Below are positions 57,097-61,766 of a stretch of DNA of 61,766 bases, piece after piece; within the stretch, counting starts at the first letter, position 1; every line of letters starts with the position of its first letter. Below the pieces are notes generated by a model. It worked only from the letters and a program-made list of their open reading frames with translations. It did not search any database and had not been told where the DNA came from. Origin of the DNA: a virus (lineage: Duplodnaviria > Caudoviricetes); the IMG/VR virus record IMGVR_UViG_3300043419_000690, positions 1 to 61,766 of that record; one strand, given 5' to 3'. The translations under genes were made by a program, and so were the position numbers.

Positions 57097-57275
57097 AACA
57101 GTCGCAATACGAAGTTTTATTTCTTGGTGATAACGTGTGGACGGTGGACGGCAAGCCCTGCGTGTTTAACTCTTGGGAAGAAGCGGAAGCAGAGCTAGAG
57201 GAAACCTTTTTGGATATGCGACTAGAGGATATCGACTACGAACCGATCGACTATAGAATAGCAGAGGTGAAATAA
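57093..57275 (+). CDS. Small acidic early protein
   Basis: ATGA overlap; GAGG SD. Confidence 0.65.
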   Translation: MKQSQYEVLFLGDNVWTVDGKPCVFNSWEEAEAELEETFLDMRLEDIDYEPIDYRIAEVK

Positions 57276-57433
57276 TGGAATATAAGACAGTTGACGAATT
57301 ATTAGCAGAGGCTAATCAGGCTTTTTATAAATGGGAGAGCGCTTTTCCTTCCACAGGCTTAAGCGATGAAGATAGAATTATTTGGTGCATGGGTTATGTT
57401 TTTTGTATAGAGAGCGAAAGGAACACAAAATGA
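57275..57433 (+). CDS. Small early protein (52 aa, not in the track)
   Basis: TAATG overlap; GAGG SD. Confidence 0.6.
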   Translation: MEYKTVDELLAEANQAFYKWESAFPSTGLSDEDRIIWCMGYVFCIESERNTK

Positions 57434-57648
57434 TTATTAAAATGCAAGCGGAAGAGTTTAAAGAAGAGAAATTAATTCTTGTTAATTTTGACGGACACCA
57501 AAACGAGGAAACAGGTGCAACGCATCATGGCGGTTATGTGCGTATAGAGCAGGATACCGACTCGTTTTATGTAGTGATTATTAATTCACAGGGAGACGTT
57601 GTATCGGAAACAGAAATTCCTTTTAATTTTGTGGAAGCTGATATATAA
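57430..57648 (+). CDS. Small early protein
   Basis: ATGA overlap; AAGGA SD. Confidence 0.6.
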   Translation: MIIKMQAEEFKEEKLILVNFDGHQNEETGATHHGGYVRIEQDTDSFYVVIINSQGDVVSETEIPFNFVEADI

Positions 57649-57687
57649 TTTCTACGCAGCACTAATTAACCTAGAAAGGATAGAGAG

Positions 57688-57861
57688 ATGAACGTTAAAA
57701 AGTTAATTGATTTACTTAGTGAGTTACCGCCTGATTTACCTGTTTTTATATGGATTGATGGCGACCGTTACCCTGTAGTCGATGTTGATGATTCGTGGGT
57801 TGACGAAGGCGGGCATGTTGATATTACCTCGGCATTAATTGAAAATTTTGGAGGATATTAA
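57688..57861 (+). CDS. Small early protein (57 aa, not in the track)
   Basis: Cassette RBS; MNVKKLIDLLSELPPDLPV. Confidence 0.7.
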   Translation: MNVKKLIDLLSELPPDLPVFIWIDGDRYPVVDVDDSWVDEGGHVDITSALIENFGGY

Positions 57862-57863
57862 TT

Positions 57864-58076
57864 ATGAATGAGAAAGAACAAGCGGCCTTTGTTGAGGCCT
57901 ATTCAAACAATGTGGCAAGTGCACCGAGTGATTATGTTGCGCAATTTGTTGCTCGTTATGAATCAGGTGAAGATATGCCATATTGTGAACACTACACGTC
58001 AATAATGGACGCGCTCGGCATGTGGCACGCAGCTATTCGTTTTAATTTGGAGGTGCTAAAAAATGTTAACCAATGA
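57864..58076 (+). CDS. Small early protein
   Basis: GGAGG SD. Confidence 0.65.
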   Translation: MNEKEQAAFVEAYSNNVASAPSDYVAQFVARYESGEDMPYCEHYTSIMDALGMWHAAIRFNLEVLKNVNQ

Positions 58077-58248
58077 AGCGCTTAAAACGCGTGCCCGCGC
58101 TATTGCAGAAATGCATTTTTATTCGGATGATGAATGCGAGGTTCCATGGGAACCATTTGAGGATTGGCCGGATGATGAAATTCAAGAACAGGTGGCCGAT
58201 ATGGCTCAAACTATTTTTATGGCGCTATTGTGGGCCAGAAATAGTTGA
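58063..58248 (+). CDS. Small acidic early protein
   Basis: GGAGG SD; PWEPFEDW. Confidence 0.65.
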   Translation: MLTNEALKTRARAIAEMHFYSDDECEVPWEPFEDWPDDEIQEQVADMAQTIFMALLWARNS

Positions 58249-58294
58249 GGTATAATTACTACTCGGCACTATTAACCTAGAAAGGATAGAGATT

Positions 58295-59017
58295 ATGAAA
58301 CAGCTATTGAGTATTGATACGAACGCTAAAACCGTCAAAGGCCAAAAGCAGGGATACATGACAGGTATTTTATATCTGGCACCGTACAATTTGAGCGGAT
58401 ATCAGGTATGCCCTATGGCCAAAAAAGCAGGATGTATTGACGGGTGCCTGAACACTGCAGGCCGAGGCGCATTCAATTCTGTACAGCAGGCACGCATTAA
58501 TAAAACAAAGTACTTTTTTGAAAACCGCCAGCAATTTATGCTGGACTTAGCCGCGAGTATTGAGGCCTTAATTCGTAAAGCAAAGCGCGAAGGACTTTAT
58601 CCTACCGTTAGACTAAACGGCACAAGTGATATCAAGTGGGAAAATATTTCTTTTGACTATACTTTCGCGCATGGTAAACAGCGCGAAGTAACTATTTTCG
58701 AACTATTTCCAGAACTGCAATTCTATGACTACACTAAGACACCTAACCGCAAAAGTGTACCGGATAATTATGATCTGACTTTTAGCTACTCAGGCACTAA
58801 TACTTTTGCCAGAGAGGTAGAGCAAGCTTTCGACAATGGCGAACGCGTGGCCGTAGTGTTTAGAAATAAAGCAGATATACCGAATCACTTTGCAGGCCTT
58901 GAGTGTATCAACGGGGATGATTCTGATTTACGATTTTTGGAACCAAAAAATAAAGTAGTGGCCTTGTATGCGAAAGGAAAAGCGAAAAAGGATACTAGCG
59001 GCTTTGTGGTGGACTAA
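58295..59017 (+). CDS. GP88-like protein with a radical-SAM-like Cys motif
   Basis: C-x7-C-x3-C (CPMAKKAGCIDGC), VRLNGTSD, FYDYTK, NYDLTFS, GDDSDLRF. Confidence 0.75.
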   Translation: MKQLLSIDTNAKTVKGQKQGYMTGILYLAPYNLSGYQVCPMAKKAGCIDGCLNTAGRGAFNSVQQARINKTKYFFENRQQFMLDLAASIEALIRKAKREGLYPTVRLNGTSDIKWENISFDYTFAHGKQREVTIFELFPELQFYDYTKTPNRKSVPDNYDLTFSYSGTNTFAREVEQAFDNGERVAVVFRNKADIPNHFAGLECINGDDSDLRFLEPKNKVVALYAKGKAKKDTSGFVVD

Positions 59018-59202
59018 CTATGTTCTTACTATTAATCGTTGTTTTCGCGCTTTTGTACTTCTTTTTAGACTGGTTCGGTGTAGATTAGTTAAGTAAGTAT
59101 ATATTGTGACTAGATTGGCATAAACACAGGCGATTAGCCTATTTTGTGACTGATCAGTCACTTTATATACACATAGTTAAACCTGTCCCCTCGTCTCTGG
59201 CG

Positions 59203-59251
59203 CTCGCTGCGTGTAACGTGGCGCGTGGTGCTCGGCACGCGAGCCGCGTGC
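59203..59251. repeat. Degenerate 7-bp tandem array (CNNG-NNN)x7
   Basis: CTCGCTG CGTGTAA CGTGGCG CGTGGTG CTCGGCA CGCGAGC CGCGTGC. Confidence 0.7.
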
Positions 59252-59383
59252 CGTTGCGCTGGCATTATGTCTCGCTATCGGCCGCTCGCGGCCGATAGAA
59301 AAATACAATTTGTGCTTTCCGCACGCTTCCGGCACAATAGTTCCTGTCTCGCAATTGTGCGGACAATAGAAAGGGAGAAAGTA

Positions 59384-59557
59384 ATGAGCGATTATTCAAT
59401 ACTGGCAGTGCTAATGAGACGCGATGGATTAACCAGAAGCGAAGCGCAAGAATTGATTGACGAGGCGCGTGAACTAGTAGCAGAGGGCGAGAGTCCAGAG
59501 AGAATTTTGCGTGTCGAATTCGGGCTAGAGCCCGACTACATTTTCGACTTGCTGTAG
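59384..59557 (+). CDS. Small early protein
   Basis: Cassette RBS; VLMRRDG..EFGLEPDYIFDLL. Confidence 0.75.
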   Translation: MSDYSILAVLMRRDGLTRSEAQELIDEARELVAEGESPERILRVEFGLEPDYIFDLL

Positions 59558-59567
59558 GGAGGCGACA

Positions 59568-59726
59568 ATGAGCGATCATGATGAAACAGTGCCCGCTCGC
59601 GGGCACTGGACGGACGAAGAAATTAATCATTATTACGACAGCCACCTGAACATGACACTGCGCGAGCTTGCCTCGCTCACTGGCTATAGCGTTCAGAAAT
59701 TAAAAAAAATATTAATGGGGGAATAA
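59568..59726 (+). CDS. Small HTH-like early protein (52 aa, not in the track)
   Basis: GGAGG SD; MTLRELASLTGYSVQKLKKILM. Confidence 0.65.
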   Translation: MSDHDETVPARGHWTDEEINHYYDSHLNMTLRELASLTGYSVQKLKKILMGE

Positions 59727-59884
59727 TGCAACCTTATTATTTTTGCTTCCGCGTGGGCAATGTAACGCACGCGGGCGAATTCTGGTCGAGCGACCGGAAG
59801 CATGTTGAAGCGATGATCAAACGCGGGCATCCGGACGCGTACCATATCGCTATCTGGAAACAATTTATGACATGGGGGAAATAA
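59726..59884 (+). CDS. Small early protein (52 aa, not in the track)
   Basis: TAATG overlaps on both sides. Confidence 0.55.
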   Translation: MQPYYFCFRVGNVTHAGEFWSSDRKHVEAMIKRGHPDAYHIAIWKQFMTWGK

Positions 59885-60222
59885 TGAAAAAACAATTTGA
59901 CTATATCCAGGATCCAGGACACGGTTGGGTGAAGGTGCCGTTCGAGTTACTCCGCGAGCTAGGGATCGCGGATAAAATAACGCACTACTCTTATTACAAT
60001 CTCGGGCAGGTATATCTGGAAGAGGATAACGACACGTGCACCTTTATGAATGCTTATCATGCTCGCTTCGGTTTTGATCCGAAGCTTCGCGACCGTGTCG
60101 CACGCGAGCGCCGTTCCCGCGTGCGTGGATACCTGCCATATAATTTTGAGATGGTAACTAATGTGAAAAGAATACAAGCGCACGCTGACTATATATTTGT
60201 TGACACGCGGCAACAAGCTTGA
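59884..60222 (+). CDS. Early hypothetical protein
   Basis: DPGHGWVKV..VYLEEDND. Confidence 0.75.
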   Translation: MKKQFDYIQDPGHGWVKVPFELLRELGIADKITHYSYYNLGQVYLEEDNDTCTFMNAYHARFGFDPKLRDRVARERRSRVRGYLPYNFEMVTNVKRIQAHADYIFVDTRQQA

Positions 60223-60277
60223 TATATTAATGACTGGCTGCAGTGCAGCCAGTCAATTAAACTAGAAAGGGATAGCG
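60200..60277 (+). promoter_or_regulatory. Early promoter-hairpin-RBS cassette
   Basis: TTGACA-17-TATATT, 11-bp stem 60231-60255, TAGAAAGGG. Confidence 0.85.
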
Positions 60278-60559
60278 ATGGAAAAATATAACGGTTGGAC
60301 TAACTACGCAACGTGGCGCGTGAACCTCGAGATTTTTGACGGCATGGACTTGCATGACTTCGGATCGGTTGACATGAAGGACTTGTACAATCTAACCCAA
60401 ATGGTCGAAGAGTATGCGACCGATATAATTGAATGCAGCAGCGAAGCAGGACTGGCAAGAGACTATGCTCTTTGTTTTTTGCAGGAAGTAAACTGGAAAG
60501 AAATCACGCAGGCTTTGGTTGATTGTGTCGCTAATCTACGGGGAGAAGAAACATGCTAA
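60278..60559 (+). CDS. Early hypothetical protein
   Basis: YNGWTNYATWRVNL..VNWKEI. Confidence 0.8.
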   Translation: MEKYNGWTNYATWRVNLEIFDGMDLHDFGSVDMKDLYNLTQMVEEYATDIIECSSEAGLARDYALCFLQEVNWKEITQALVDCVANLRGEETC

Positions 60560-60759
60560 GACACCACGAGTTAGCACACTCACTCAAGTGCTCACTGTTC
60601 GCGGATCGCGGCACTGATATCAATGCCGCATACGATTATCTGTTGATGGTAGCGAATGCGAGCGATCATCCACCTGCAGTGCTCACAGCAGCGCATGTAC
60701 TAGTTAACACTATTTGCAATGCATTGTTGATGGACGAGGTGCAAGATGAAACCGTTTGA
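60553..60759 (+). CDS. Small early protein
   Basis: GGAG SD; overlaps both neighbours. Confidence 0.65.
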   Translation: MLRHHELAHSLKCSLFADRGTDINAAYDYLLMVANASDHPPAVLTAAHVLVNTICNALLMDEVQDETV

Positions 60760-60919
60760 AAAATATACCGCGCACGATCCTGAAACAGGAACGACCTTCA
60801 CGTTTGATTGCGTGCAAGATTTAATCGACTGGTCTACTATCTTATTTAGTCAAAACGTTGATATTAAAAAGTACAAGATCAAGCGCGAAATATTAGTTGA
60901 CACGCAGCAACAAGCTTGA
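60746..60919 (+). CDS. Small early protein (57 aa, not in the track)
   Basis: GAGG SD; ends VDTQQQA inside the promoter cassette. Confidence 0.6.
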   Translation: MKPFEKYTAHDPETGTTFTFDCVQDLIDWSTILFSQNVDIKKYKIKREILVDTQQQA

Positions 60920-60982
60920 TATAGTTCACTCACTGGCTGCAGTCGCAGCCAGTGAACCTAACCTAGAAAGTGAGAAAGCAAA
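60897..60982 (+). promoter_or_regulatory. Early promoter-hairpin-RBS cassette
   Basis: TTGACA-17-TATAGT, 11-bp stem 60930-60955, TAGAAAGTGAGAAAG. Confidence 0.85.
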
Positions 60983-61264
60983 ATGAAAACTGTACGCACA
61001 ATCGGCTTAAACGGTGGATCACTCATCATTCCATCAGGCATGACCGAGCGTGAATTAATCACGCTCATTGGTACACTCGCTATCATGCAGCGAGTCGATT
61101 CGGTATATAGCAAGGACTACGATGCGACCTATTCTTATGCCACTGGTACAGCATCAGTAAATATCAGTGAAGCGCAAGTGTACGATACAGTCGAGCAAGC
61201 AAAGGCTGCGCGTGACGAGTACAACGCAGCACTGGACAAGAAAAAGGAAACTGAGCTGGCATAG
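60983..61264 (+). CDS. Early hypothetical protein
   Basis: Cassette RBS; differences between repeat copies are mostly synonymous, supporting coding status. Confidence 0.8.
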   Translation: MKTVRTIGLNGGSLIIPSGMTERELITLIGTLAIMQRVDSVYSKDYDATYSYATGTASVNISEAQVYDTVEQAKAARDEYNAALDKKKETELA

Positions 61265-61766
61265 TCCACACCTATCGCTGCTCGCGCAGCGATAGGAATA
61301 AATAGCTTGACATATAGGCAGGCGCAGCCTGCCTATATCACCGCTCCCTGCCGCCGCCTCTCCCTGTTGCTAACTTGCTATGCTGCATTGCAGCTTGACA
61401 ATCTGCCCGCTGCAGCGGGCAGATTAAGGTCTAGTGAAGGGGGGAGGGCCATTTTAGGTACGGTTCGACTAAGCTCAACTTCGCCTCTGTTTTACACAAA
61501 CATAGGACCTGGCAAAAGGTGACCCCCACCCAGCCCCTCCCCATAAAACCACCCCCTTGTTTGTAAAACTCGTACAGCGGGTGTATATTATTAAATTATG
61601 AAACCTGAAGACATTGAAGCAGAACAACTACGCCTGGAACTCCGGCTCCGCGTCCTCGAAGCGCGGTCCTTGGCCACCGCAACATTCTTAGACTTCTGCA
61701 AATACGTGTGGCCTGAAATGTTGGTCGGCGAGCATCACATCAAGATTGCTGAAGCGTTGGATCGTG
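60993..61766 (+). repeat. Terminal direct repeat copy 2 (circularisation overlap or terminal redundancy)
   Basis: Starts tacgcacaatcggc and ends gttggatcgtg, as does 1-774. Confidence 0.97.
61598..61766 (+). CDS. terL: 5' part of terL (repeat copy, truncated by the window end)
   Basis: Same protein as 606-774 with 3 synonymous changes. Confidence 0.9.
   Translation, partial: MKPEDIEAEQLRLELRLRVLEARSLATATFLDFCKYVWPEMLVGEHHIKIAEALDR

Noticed and set aside
59225-59383. Extended N-terminus of ORF 59225-59557
   Set aside because: It overlaps the heptad array and promoter; the RBS supports ATG 59384.
56833-60985. CRISPR array or true integron
   Set aside because: Repeats are degenerate and separated by whole genes; no cas gene, integrase or attC-like site seen.
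1-61766. Prophage/lysogeny module, tRNAs, auxiliary metabolic genes
   Set aside because: No integrase, att site, tRNA cloverleaf or host-flanking genes recognised by eye; tRNAscan was not run.

Overview
The window is an apparently complete ~61 kb lytic dsDNA phage genome with podovirus-like gene content. Bases 1-774 recur at 60993-61766 with about 30 mostly synonymous differences, so the unit length is ~60,992 bp. The + strand 606-42477 carries TerL, a large transglycosylase-containing protein, portal, GroES, scaffold, a Mu-gpT-like major capsid protein, neck and tail proteins, a free-standing endonuclease VII, a duplicated LamG/SPRY fibre cassette, holin and lysozyme, and large ejection proteins. 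42508-51656 is replication: exonuclease, SNF2 helicase, SSB-like protein, AEP primase, UvrD helicase and PolA. 51697-54881 holds small minus-strand genes, followed by a likely origin at ~55.0-55.3 kb, then TerS, a resolvase and an array of small early genes. From memory, not a search, the gene set resembles HTVC023P-type / vSAG 37-F6-like aquatic podoviruses, and a freshwater betaproteobacterial host is my inference. I saw no integrase, tRNA, CRISPR array or reverse transcriptase. The strongest unexplained signals are: (1) a shared [FYML]-x-x-G-G-x-[VAMP] peptide tag on unrelated putative internal proteins; (2) repeated promoter/5'-hairpin/RBS cassettes between early genes; (3) a 7-bp-periodic CNNG lattice, both arrayed and scattered; (4) two structured-RNA candidates; (5) a conserved hairpin/G-quadruplex cluster before terL.
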